The notes beneath the pieces were generated by a model, which saw only the letters and a program-made list of their open reading frames with translations, made no database searches and had not been told where the DNA came from. From IMG/VR virus record IMGVR_UViG_3300025617_000008: DNA of 64,000 bases; one strand, given 5' to 3'. The position numbers and the translations under genes are program-made. The stretch comes from an uncultured virus (IMG/VR IMGVR_UViG_3300025617_000008). Taxonomy: Duplodnaviria > Heunggongvirae > Uroviricota > Caudoviricetes. Below are positions 1-8,097 of the stretch, in pieces (position 1 is the stretch's first letter; every line of letters begins with the position of its first letter).

Positions 1-153
1 TCAAACATATCCGTAACTGGAACAGAAAAAAGAAAAATAGAAAAAGAGAAGAATTTGCGTCCTGGAGACAACGACTGGTTTAAACTTTGGTTTAGTCGTC
101 CGTACTGGAAAGGACAAGAATATCCTCCCGGACTAAGAGGACGTAAACAATGA
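1..153 (+). CDS. 3' end of a hypothetical phage protein (partial)
   Basis: Frame 1 is open from base 1 (SNISVTGTEKRKIEKEKNLRPGDNDWFKLWFSRPYW...) to TGA at 151-153, overlapping the next ATG (ATGA). Confidence 0.7.
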   Translation, partial: SNISVTGTEKRKIEKEKNLRPGDNDWFKLWFSRPYWKGQEYPPGLRGRKQ

Positions 154-479
154 TTACCTTGACTGACTCTGCTAAAGAAAAGATTACCAGCTTATTACAA
201 GATGAAAATGAGCCTGGTTTAGCTGTCAGAACTTTTGTTGAGGGCGGAGGCTGTCAAGGTTTTCAATATGGCTTTACCCTTGATAAAGACATTGAAGAAA
301 CTGATACAGTAATTACTATTAATGAAAATGCTAGTATGGTAATAGATAACATGAGTTTGTTATATCTTTCAGGATCAACAATTGACTACAACAACGATTT
401 AATGAGTAGTGGATTTAATATTACCAATCCTAATGCTCAAAGTTCATGTAGTTGTGGTAGTAGTTTTGCGTGTGGATAA
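150..479 (+). CDS. iscA: A-type Fe-S cluster carrier (IscA/ErpA/HesB family)
   Basis: ITLTDSA start, GGGCQGFQY, C-terminal NPNAQSSCSCGSSF; the three conserved Cys are present. Confidence 0.93.
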   Translation: MITLTDSAKEKITSLLQDENEPGLAVRTFVEGGGCQGFQYGFTLDKDIEETDTVITINENASMVIDNMSLLYLSGSTIDYNNDLMSSGFNITNPNAQSSCSCGSSFACG

Positions 480-482
480 ACG

Positions 483-2165
483 ATGAGAGCAAGTGAGTTT
501 GGATTACCAGAAGGAATGAAAGTCTATTTAGATATGGACGGCGTCATTGCCAATTTCTTTGAAGAGTATGCTAAACTTGCCGGGGTAAAAAGTTACAGAG
601 ATGTTCCTGCCGCTAAAGTAGATCCCACACTAGACAAAATGATAGGAACAGACTTTTTTAATAAACTTCCTAAATTTCCAGTATCGGATAAGATTGTTAG
701 TATTGCTATACAAGCCGGCGGCGGATATGGTATTATTTCAAGTCCGTTACGTAATGATTTTAAGAATTCAGAAAGATGGAAACGTGAATGGATTAAAAGA
801 GAATTAAACCCACAACCAGAAGAAATTTTTATTACACCAAACAAAGCCGTACATGCTGTTACAAATGGCGTTCCTAATGTATTGATTGATGACAGAGGGG
901 ACAATATCAGTAAGTGGGAGGCTGCTGGCGGAATTGGTATTAAGTTCCAAGCAGATGAGGATTCACTTAAAGTAATACTTGATGGATTGAAAAGAGCAAG
1001 ACGTATCGGCGATGGTGATGAGAAATTAGAGCCGCAAAAATTAAAAAGTCGTAACTTGGGTAGTATGATTGCTACAGATAAAGAAGAAAGCATTAACAAC
1101 GAAAGTAATTTAGTATTACCCGTAAGTTCTGTTAGAGGGGTTGTTGTTGATCTTATTAAAGATAAAATTGAAAAAGAAAGAGATCTACAAAAAGTTTCAA
1201 CCTGGTTAAAATTTATCGTAGGAAAAACTATTAAAGCCAGAGGAGATCGATATACGATCACAAGTGAAGATGTACTACAAGCATTAACAGTAATCAAAGA
1301 AAGCATCGACGAAGATTTTGAAAATGTAGCAGATATTGATTTGACTAAAGCACTTGATACAATGGCTCAAAACGCAGTTAGCGGAGAACGATTAAAAGAT
1401 GTTTTTATTATGCGTAACAAACATAATATGACATTTAAACAAATTGGGGATGAGATTGGTACAGGACTTGATCGTGCTAGACAAATTTATCAAAGAGCAT
1501 TACGTAACCTAAGATTTCTTTTAAAAGACTATGTAAAAGAAAACTTTGCTGATGGTAAAGTAAATGAGGTTTTAGACAAGCCTGCGCCTTATACTTGGAG
1601 TAAAGATGAATTTGGATTTCCAACAGCAACAGCCAAAGACCTAGGATTACATATTGCGTTCGATGGCAGGAATCAACCGGATTGGGAAGTATCGTTTTAT
1701 AGAGAACAAGATAACGGCAATGTTGTTATGAATCGTCCAACAGGACAAGGACGAGAATTTCAAGTGTTTGCTACAGTTAATGCCGCGATTAAAGATTTTA
1801 TAAAAATGCACCCTGATGCAGAGGGTCTTACGCTTGATGCTAGAAAAGACGGTGGCGTAGATGGCCAGGGCAGAGTAAGTTTATACAGAAGAATGATGGA
1901 CAGCTATGCTAAAAAACTAGGTTGGGAATTTAAAGAATGGGACCAAGGACAAATGGTTATGATGGGAATATACAAGCCTAGAACTAACGAAAACTTTGCT
2001 GATGGTAAAGTAAAAGGCAAAAGCAGACCAGGGCGTGTAAAACGTTCAGGTGCTAGTTGTAACGGTAGTGTGACAGATTTACGCAAACGTGCTAAGAACG
2101 CAAGTGGGGAAAAGGCCAAAATGTATCACTGGTGTGCGAACATGAAGTCGGGGAAGAAAAAGTAA
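483..2165 (+). CDS. Multidomain protein: N-terminal HAD 5'(3')-deoxyribonucleotidase-like domain, sigma70 region-4-like HTH and further modules; probable processed internal virion protein
   Basis: YLDMDGVIANF and VLIDDRGDNISKWEAAGGIGI (HAD motifs I and IV); TFKQIGDEIGTGLDRARQIYQRALRNLR resembles sigma region 4.2; modules are separated by [VI][KN]E-type motifs. Confidence 0.75.
   Translation: MRASEFGLPEGMKVYLDMDGVIANFFEEYAKLAGVKSYRDVPAAKVDPTLDKMIGTDFFNKLPKFPVSDKIVSIAIQAGGGYGIISSPLRNDFKNSERWKREWIKRELNPQPEEIFITPNKAVHAVTNGVPNVLIDDRGDNISKWEAAGGIGIKFQADEDSLKVILDGLKRARRIGDGDEKLEPQKLKSRNLGSMIATDKEESINNESNLVLPVSSVRGVVVDLIKDKIEKERDLQKVSTWLKFIVGKTIKARGDRYTITSEDVLQALTVIKESIDEDFENVADIDLTKALDTMAQNAVSGERLKDVFIMRNKHNMTFKQIGDEIGTGLDRARQIYQRALRNLRFLLKDYVKENFADGKVNEVLDKPAPYTWSKDEFGFPTATAKDLGLHIAFDGRNQPDWEVSFYREQDNGNVVMNRPTGQGREFQVFATVNAAIKDFIKMHPDAEGLTLDARKDGGVDGQGRVSLYRRMMDSYAKKLGWEFKEWDQGQMVMMGIYKPRTNENFADGKVKGKSRPGRVKRSGASCNGSVTDLRKRAKNASGEKAKMYHWCANMKSGKKK
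1539..2014 (+). repeat. 26-bp exact direct repeat GAAAACTTTGCTGATGGTAAAGTAAA at 1539-1564 and 1989-2014
   Basis: Read directly; copies are 450 bp (150 codons) apart, both encoding ENFADGKV. Confidence 0.95.
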
Positions 2166-2171
2166 AACTAT

Positions 2172-2372
2172 ATGAACCCATTTGTAGAAGCAGAATTTTA
2201 TGTACAAGGAGTAATGTCAATGATTGGAACTGAAAGATACTGTAATAAATGTGGTCATCGTTGTCATTGTTATCAACCCGATTGTGATGAGTGTGTTAAT
2301 GATGTATGTACAAATTGCCAATGTAAGAACGAAAAAGATATACCTTCATCGTTTACAAAAGAGAATGTATAA
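2172..2372 (+). CDS. Small Cys-rich hypothetical protein (putative metal-binding)
   Basis: CNKCGHRCHCYQPDCDECVNDVCTNCQC; stop overlaps the next start (TAATG). Confidence 0.65.
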   Translation: MNPFVEAEFYVQGVMSMIGTERYCNKCGHRCHCYQPDCDECVNDVCTNCQCKNEKDIPSSFTKENV

Positions 2373-2692
2373 TGAAAATTAGAGATATTATAACCGAAAA
2401 AGCAGTAAGCAAAAAGCAACAGCAGTTCTTTGGTATAGTACGTGCTATGCAGAAAGGTGACATGCCTAAAGACGGCGAAGCTGGTAAAGTTGCTAAAGAT
2501 ATGAAAAAGTCTGATGTTAAAGATTTTGCCAGTACCAAACATAAAGGTTTGCCGAAGAAAAAGAAAACAGAAGCCGCAGGTGTTGGTATAGTAACTAAAC
2601 AAAATGCTACTGCTGATGTTCCTGTAGGCGGCGAGTATAATAACGTTTCAAAAATGTTTCCAAAGAAAAAGCGTAAAGCTAAAAAGAAATAA
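2372..2692 (+). CDS. Basic protein with DUF3008-like domain; probable internal head protein
   Basis: MKIRDIITE leader, then AVSKKQQQFFG...DVKDFASTKHKGLP resembling DUF3008. Confidence 0.6.
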   Translation: MKIRDIITEKAVSKKQQQFFGIVRAMQKGDMPKDGEAGKVAKDMKKSDVKDFASTKHKGLPKKKKTEAAGVGIVTKQNATADVPVGGEYNNVSKMFPKKKRKAKKK

Positions 2693-2695
2693 ATA
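2690..2695 (+). promoter_or_regulatory. T4-like late promoter core TAAATA
   Basis: ATAAATA 4 nt upstream of ATG 2700; the motif recurs at many gene starts in the window. Confidence 0.6.
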
Positions 2696-2699
2696 CATT

Positions 2700-2885
2700 A
2701 TGAAGTACAAAGAGCTAATAAAAGGTTTTAAACTTTGGAAGGTAGGCGTTAAAGTAAATCTACCAAGTTACAGTCAAGTGATTGATACTACTGTGATAGC
2801 AAAGAATCAAGAAATGGCTCGTAGACTAGTAATAGCGCAATATGGCAAGAAAAGTATCATTAGACGTGTACAGGAAATAAAATGA
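2700..2885 (+). CDS. Small basic hypothetical protein
   Basis: 61-aa ORF, MKYKELIK leader, ATGA overlap with the next gene. Confidence 0.7.
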   Translation: MKYKELIKGFKLWKVGVKVNLPSYSQVIDTTVIAKNQEMARRLVIAQYGKKSIIRRVQEIK

Positions 2886-3124
2886 AAATTAGAGATATTG
2901 TATTAGAGTATGCTTCAGAAGGATCTATCAATGCAGCTTCGGTTGGTTCAACAACTCCTGTTGCTAATCACAGCAAAGATAAATCCTATACAGGATCGCC
3001 TGGTAAGAGTGGCACAAAAGCACCAAAACAGCAAAAACCTAAATTTCACAAAGGTAAAGTTGGACCAAACGCTTTAGATGACGATAAATTGATGGCGGGC
3101 CAGGGTGTTCTTAAAAGAGGCTGA
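2882..3124 (+). CDS. Low-complexity basic protein; probable internal head protein
   Basis: MKIRDIVLE leader; the first 18 nt are identical to the start of 2372. Confidence 0.65.
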   Translation: MKIRDIVLEYASEGSINAASVGSTTPVANHSKDKSYTGSPGKSGTKAPKQQKPKFHKGKVGPNALDDDKLMAGQGVLKRG

Positions 3125-3130
3125 GAAAGA

Positions 3131-3136
3131 TAAATA
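3131..3136 (+). promoter_or_regulatory. T4-like late promoter core TAAATA
   Basis: GATAAATA-CTAAC-ATG(3142). Confidence 0.65.
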
Positions 3137-3141
3137 CTAAC

Positions 3142-3477
3142 ATGAAACATAGTAAGATTATTCACGAAGGATCAGATGACGGTAGACCAGATCATGAAGC
3201 AGATATGGCTCGTTCGGAGTTGTATAGGCTAGCAGAATACTCTGTTAAACTGTTCAAAATGATTGAACCAGGAAGTAATTTAGAGGGCTGGACCGCATCA
3301 AAAATTACTAAAGCCGCTGATTATATTGGAAGCGTATATCATTATATGAAATATGAATCTAAATTCGGTGATGAGGATCAAGACGTTGATCGAGACGAAA
3401 TGGATTATGACGAATCTATTAAAAAGGATCTTACCAATAAGTTAGCCGAGCAATGGCAAAACCGTAAACAAGGATAA
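3142..3477 (+). CDS. Hypothetical protein; probable internal head protein
   Basis: MKHSKIIHE leader; helical core DHEADMARSELYRLAEYSVKLF...WTASKITKAADYI. Confidence 0.75.
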   Translation: MKHSKIIHEGSDDGRPDHEADMARSELYRLAEYSVKLFKMIEPGSNLEGWTASKITKAADYIGSVYHYMKYESKFGDEDQDVDRDEMDYDESIKKDLTNKLAEQWQNRKQG

Positions 3478-3481
3478 AACA

Positions 3482-4627
3482 ATGGACTTTAACGCAATCG
3501 TAAACAAACTAAGAGAAATTGAGCCTACAGATATTGCTAATCCCAATGCTGAAGCGCCAAAAGCAGACACTAAAGCACCAGTAGTACTAAGTGAAGCGGC
3601 ACAACTACGTGTCAAAGCTGGTATTTCAACTGTACTTGCTGAATCAGCAAAAATTGAAGAAGCAAAAGGTTATTGCTCAGATAAATGCTGTGGTTCAGAT
3701 GTAAAGTCAGAAGATTGTTCATGTGATCCATCTTGTAGTCATTGCGATTGTAACAACGTTAAAGAATCAGTAGAAGAAGCCGTTGACGATGCAACATTGA
3801 TTGCTCAAGAATTGAAAAAGATGGGTGTATCATCTAATGCATCAGAAGACGAAATTTACGGCATGATTCCTAAAGCATTAAAAAGCCTAAATTTAGGAAG
3901 TGTTTTAAGACAGATGAATATATCAAAAGGTTATCGACAAGATATGGTCAATGATGTAATCGTTGCTTTTAGTGGCATGAAAGAATCAGTAGAAGAAGGC
4001 AAAATGCCACAAGCGGCACTTGATGCGTTAGCAAAGAAAAAAGGTAAAAAGGCTAAGAAAACTGGTGACGATCAGAAAGACGAGTCTACAGAAACAAAAA
4101 CAAAGTCCAAAAAATTCGATGAAGAAGTTGAAGATATCCTAAGAACAGCAGAAGCAAAACTTGTTAAAGAAGCTAAGAAGAAGATGCCTATGGATGATAA
4201 CGGTACGCCAAATGACAAGTCAGACGATAAGCCAGCTTTCCTTAAAGGAAAGAAAGACACTAGCAAAAAAGGCGCAGACAGCAAAGATAACAAGCCAGCA
4301 AAAGGGTTAAGTGCTAAACAAAAGAAATTACCAGCAGGATTACAAAAAGCTATTGCTAAAAAGAAAGGTGCTAAGACTGAATCAACAAAGACTACTAAAA
4401 AAGCAGTTGCTGAATCAATGAGCTTCTTAGATGCTATTAAGATTGTAAAAGAAAGCAATGGCGAAATGAAAGTTAATGCTGTAGACACTGCTATTTGGAA
4501 TTGGGCAAAACGTGTTGCCGCTAGTACTGTAACCGAAGGCGGAATTAAGCAAGAAGCATACGCCGCTAAAGTTTACGAATCACGTGGCGGAGAGTGGGAC
4601 GTTACTAAAAACATTATCTCAGAATAA
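3482..4627 (+). CDS. Lys/Glu-rich modular protein; probable prohead core/internal protein
   Basis: Many LxE/VxE motifs (LSE, LAE, VKESVEE, MKESVEE, VKE, VAE, VTE, VYE), Lys-rich linkers and a Cys-rich segment. Confidence 0.7.
   Translation: MDFNAIVNKLREIEPTDIANPNAEAPKADTKAPVVLSEAAQLRVKAGISTVLAESAKIEEAKGYCSDKCCGSDVKSEDCSCDPSCSHCDCNNVKESVEEAVDDATLIAQELKKMGVSSNASEDEIYGMIPKALKSLNLGSVLRQMNISKGYRQDMVNDVIVAFSGMKESVEEGKMPQAALDALAKKKGKKAKKTGDDQKDESTETKTKSKKFDEEVEDILRTAEAKLVKEAKKKMPMDDNGTPNDKSDDKPAFLKGKKDTSKKGADSKDNKPAKGLSAKQKKLPAGLQKAIAKKKGAKTESTKTTKKAVAESMSFLDAIKIVKESNGEMKVNAVDTAIWNWAKRVAASTVTEGGIKQEAYAAKVYESRGGEWDVTKNIISE
3761..3998 (+). repeat. 19-bp exact direct repeat AAAGAATCAGTAGAAGAAG at 3761-3779 and 3980-3998
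   Basis: Read directly; 219 bp (73 codons) apart, both encoding KESVEE. Confidence 0.9.
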
Positions 4628-4651
4628 TACAAACCACATATTGGTAAAATT

Positions 4652-4682
4652 AGGCAGTTAAAATACTTGACTGCCTTTTTTT
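4652..4682 (+). terminator. Rho-independent terminator
   Basis: AGGCAGT...ACTGCCT inverted repeat followed by a T run, just after the 381-aa gene. Confidence 0.8.
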
Positions 4683-4695
4683 ATGACTATATAAT
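4667..4695 (+). promoter_or_regulatory. sigma70-type promoter
   Basis: TTGACT-17 nt-TATAAT; the -35 lies in the 3' arm of the terminator. Confidence 0.8.
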
Positions 4696-4720
4696 ACATA
4701 CATTAACTAGGAGAAAATCT

Positions 4721-5002
4721 ATGCCAAGATCACATTATGGTCCAGAAGAAAAAGCAAAATTAGATCGTTTGATTAAAGAAGGAGCAACTGTCTTACAAGA
4801 AGTTGAAGACCTAACAGCCGGTCTTAAAGATACTGTAAAAGCAGTAGCAGAAGAATTAGAAGTAAAACCAAGCACAATTAATAAAGCAATTAAAATTGCG
4901 TTTAAAGATGAGTGGGCTAAACACGAAGAAGAATGGGAAGAAATTGAAGGCATTCTTGGCATTACTAACAACTTGCCAATGAAAGACGATACTACTTCAT
5001 GA
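4721..5002 (+). CDS. T4 DsbA-like/GapR-like double-stranded DNA-binding protein
   Basis: AGGAGA RBS before ATG 4721; KLDRLIKEG...LKDTVKAVAEELEVKPSTINKAIKIAFK matches the DsbA pattern. Confidence 0.65.
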   Translation: MPRSHYGPEEKAKLDRLIKEGATVLQEVEDLTAGLKDTVKAVAEELEVKPSTINKAIKIAFKDEWAKHEEEWEEIEGILGITNNLPMKDDTTS

Positions 5003-5283
5003 AACAAACCATATCAGACTTTTGGTTAAACAGTTACAACTCTGATAAAACAGCGTTCTACTTTGAGCTTGTTAGTTTTATATTTACAGTTGGTGCTAGT
5101 TTGACCTTAGCAGTTAACGCAAAGAACCCTAATATGCTAATAGTGTATCCGGGATTCTTTGTAGGAAGTCTTACACAAGCATACGCAAGTTATCGCAGAG
5201 GTTCAGCATGGGTTATGTTGCTAACTATGTACTTTGCTATTGTAAATGTATTCGGATTCGGCGTTGCTTCCAATTGGTGGTAA
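4999..5283 (+). CDS. Small integral membrane protein
   Basis: Three hydrophobic segments in 94 aa; ATGA-coupled. Confidence 0.7.
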   Translation: MKQTISDFWLNSYNSDKTAFYFELVSFIFTVGASLTLAVNAKNPNMLIVYPGFFVGSLTQAYASYRRGSAWVMLLTMYFAIVNVFGFGVASNWW

Positions 5284-5358
5284 TAAATAGTTTTGAGTAA
5301 GGTTTAATCAGCCATAAATGATTACTAGGTATTTGTCAACCGGAAATGACATAGGAGA
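5284..5358 (+). promoter_or_regulatory. Late promoter core plus structured 5' leader (two tandem hairpins/pseudoknots) and RBS of the polymerase
   Basis: TAAATA 5284-5289; TAATCA/TGATTA and TGTCA/TGACA stems; AGGAGA 5353-5358. Confidence 0.5.
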
Positions 5359-5364
5359 AAATAT

Positions 5365-8034
5365 ATGAGTTATGTAGATGCTTTCTACAATCGTGATACC
5401 GATATTATTAATGTAGTCGAACGAGACACTAACGGTAAACGTCAATTTAAAGAATACCCCGCAAGATATCTATTTTATTATGCTGACCCTAGAGGTAAGT
5501 ATCAAAGCATTTATGGTGATGCTCTTAATCGAGTAACTTGTAAAAATGTAAAAGATTTCCATAAAGAACAAAAAATCTATAGTAACAAAAAACTATTTGA
5601 AAGTGACATTAATCCTATTTTTAGATGTTTAGAGGACAATTATCTTAACCAAGATCCGCCTAAACTAAATGTTGCGTTTTTCGATATTGAGGTCGACTTT
5701 GATCCTGAGCGTGGCTATGCTAGTCCGGAAGATGCGTTTATGCCTATCACTTCTATTGCTATTCATTTACAATGGCTAGATACTTTGGTATGTTTTGCTA
5801 TTCCGCCTAAGACTATGAATATGGAAGAAGCACAGAAAGCAATTGAAGGAATCCCTGATACTTATTTGTTCGACTCAGAAGCAGACTTGTTGGATGCGTT
5901 TTTAGATTTGATTCAAGATGCTGATATCTTAACTGGTTGGAACAGCGAAGGCTTTGATATTCCATATACTGTTAACCGTGTTATCAAAGTATTAAGCAAA
6001 GAAGATACAAGACGTTTCTGCTTATGGGATCAATTACCTAAGAAACGTGAGTTTGAAAAGTTCGGACGTAAGAGTGTTACTTACGACTTTATAGGTCGTG
6101 TACACTTAGACAGTTTAGAACTGTATCGCAAATATACTTATGAAGAACGTCACACATATCGATTAGACGCTATTGGCGAGCAAGAGATTGGTGAGAATAA
6201 AACTGTATATGAGGGTACCCTTGATCAGCTATACAACAACGACTTTAGAACATTTATTGAATATAACAGACAAGATACTGCTCTGCTAGATAAACTAGAT
6301 AAAAAACTAAAATTCCTCGATCTTGCTAATACTGTTGCGCATGAAAACACTGTACTACTACAGACCACAATGGGTGCTGTTGCTGTGACAGAGCAAGGTA
6401 TTATTAACGAAGCACACAGACGTGGTTTTATTGTTCCTAACCGTATTAGGCGAGAGCCTGGCAGTGAGCCTGCGGCAGGTGCGTATGTTGCGTATCCTAA
6501 AAAAGGCATTCACGAATGGATTGGATCCGTTGATATTAACTCACTGTATCCTAGTGCTATTCGTGCGCTGAATATGGGGCCTGAAACTATTGTAGGGCAA
6601 CTACGTCAAGACTATACAAAGAACTTTATTGACGAGCAGATGGTTCGTAATAAGAAATCCTTTGCCGCGGCATGGGAAGGACAGTTCGGAAGTTTAGAAT
6701 ATGAACTGGTCATGGAAAAGAATGTCGCTAAAGAAATTATTATCGATTGGGAAGATGGAAATACTGATACACTTACAGGAGCACAAATCTATGATCTAAT
6801 CTTTGAAAGTAATCAGCCGTGGATGCTTAGTGCTAACGGTACTATCTTTACCTATGAAAAAGAAGGTATTATTCCAGGTCTGCTAAAGCGTTGGTATGCT
6901 GAACGTAAAGAGATGCAAGCTAAACTTAAAGAAGCAAAAGATGCTGAGAATAACATTCAAATTGAGTACTGGGATAAGCGACAGCTGGTTAAAAAGATTA
7001 ACTTGAACAGTTTGTATGGTGCTATTCTAAATCCAGGTTGTAGGTTCTTTGATAATAGAATTGGGCAGAGTACTACACTAACAGGTAGAACTATTGTAAA
7101 GCATATGGCTAGTAAGATTAATGAAATCATTACTGGTGAATATGATTACAAAGGTAAAGCAGTTATCTATGGTGATACTGACTCTTGCTACTTTAGTGCT
7201 TATAATATCCTAAAATCCGAAATTGAAAAAGGACAACTGCCTTGGGACAAAGACAGCGTTGTTAAATTGTATGATCAGATTGCTGATGATGCGTCAGCAA
7301 GTTTTCCTAAAATGATGCTAGACAAGTTTCATTGTCCAAAAACAAGAGGCGATGTTATTGCGGCTGGCCGTGAAGTTGTAGCGTCAAGTGGATTGTTTAT
7401 TACTAAAAAACGTTATGCTGTTCTTTATTATGATATGGAGGGTTTCCGTGTTGACGTAGATGGTAAGCCAGGTAAAATTAAAGCAATGGGTTTGGATCTA
7501 AAACGTTCAGATACACCTGTTGTTATTCAAGATTTTCTAAAAGAAGTTTTAGAAAAAGTACTAGACGGTAAGCCAAAAGAAGAAGTACTAGATTACATTA
7601 GCGAATTTAGAACTGAGTTTCACGGGCGAGCTGGTTGGGAGAAAGGTTCTCCAAAACGTGCTAATAAGATTACTGAATATCAAGCAAAGGAAAAGAAATT
7701 AGGAAAAGCAAATATGCCGGGACACGTTCGTGCTTCTATTAATTGGAATACACTAAAACGTATGAACGGTGACAAATACTCGCAAACTATTACAGACGGT
7801 GCTAAGGTTATTGTTTGTAAAGTTAAAGATAATCCTATGGGATTTACTAGTGTTGCGTATCCGGTAGATGAACTAAGATTGCCGGAATGGTTTAAAGATT
7901 TACCATTCGATGACGCTACTATGGAAACTACTGTTATCGATGAAAAACTTGGAAACTTAATCGGTGTTTTGGATTGGGATATTTCATCCACAAGACAAGA
8001 CAATACTTTCAACAATTTGTTTGATTTTGAATAA
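5365..8034 (+). CDS. Family B DNA polymerase (T4 gp43-like)
   Basis: Exo I FFDIEV, Exo II GWNSEGFDIPY, Exo III YNRQD; pol motifs SVDINSLYPS, KKINLNSLYG, YGDTDS, KKRY. Confidence 0.97.
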   Translation: MSYVDAFYNRDTDIINVVERDTNGKRQFKEYPARYLFYYADPRGKYQSIYGDALNRVTCKNVKDFHKEQKIYSNKKLFESDINPIFRCLEDNYLNQDPPKLNVAFFDIEVDFDPERGYASPEDAFMPITSIAIHLQWLDTLVCFAIPPKTMNMEEAQKAIEGIPDTYLFDSEADLLDAFLDLIQDADILTGWNSEGFDIPYTVNRVIKVLSKEDTRRFCLWDQLPKKREFEKFGRKSVTYDFIGRVHLDSLELYRKYTYEERHTYRLDAIGEQEIGENKTVYEGTLDQLYNNDFRTFIEYNRQDTALLDKLDKKLKFLDLANTVAHENTVLLQTTMGAVAVTEQGIINEAHRRGFIVPNRIRREPGSEPAAGAYVAYPKKGIHEWIGSVDINSLYPSAIRALNMGPETIVGQLRQDYTKNFIDEQMVRNKKSFAAAWEGQFGSLEYELVMEKNVAKEIIIDWEDGNTDTLTGAQIYDLIFESNQPWMLSANGTIFTYEKEGIIPGLLKRWYAERKEMQAKLKEAKDAENNIQIEYWDKRQLVKKINLNSLYGAILNPGCRFFDNRIGQSTTLTGRTIVKHMASKINEIITGEYDYKGKAVIYGDTDSCYFSAYNILKSEIEKGQLPWDKDSVVKLYDQIADDASASFPKMMLDKFHCPKTRGDVIAAGREVVASSGLFITKKRYAVLYYDMEGFRVDVDGKPGKIKAMGLDLKRSDTPVVIQDFLKEVLEKVLDGKPKEEVLDYISEFRTEFHGRAGWEKGSPKRANKITEYQAKEKKLGKANMPGHVRASINWNTLKRMNGDKYSQTITDGAKVIVCKVKDNPMGFTSVAYPVDELRLPEWFKDLPFDDATMETTVIDEKLGNLIGVLDWDISSTRQDNTFNNLFDFE

Positions 8035-8041
8035 TAAAGTG

Positions 8042-8070
8042 TTGACAAACCTAAATAAACGTACTATAAT
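8042..8070 (+). promoter_or_regulatory. Perfect sigma70 consensus promoter with a late core in its spacer
   Basis: TTGACA-17 nt-TATAAT; TAAATA at 8052-8057. Confidence 0.88.
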
Positions 8071-8097
8071 GTATATTAGAACTATGGAGATACCCAG

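Noticed and set aside
593..1306. 237-aa antisense ORF (and similar shadows such as 4072-4488, 7680-8048, 52101-52505)
   Set aside because: Antisense to well-supported genes, Ser/Leu/Phe-rich shadow composition, no RBS or motifs.
1539..2014. Insertion sequence or intein interpretation of the repeat-flanked segment
   Set aside because: No transposase, terminal inverted repeats or intein Cys/His-Asn termini.
4667..4720. TTG start proposed by the ORF track for the DsbA-like gene
   Set aside because: The TTG is the -35 box/terminator arm; ATG 4721 has the RBS.
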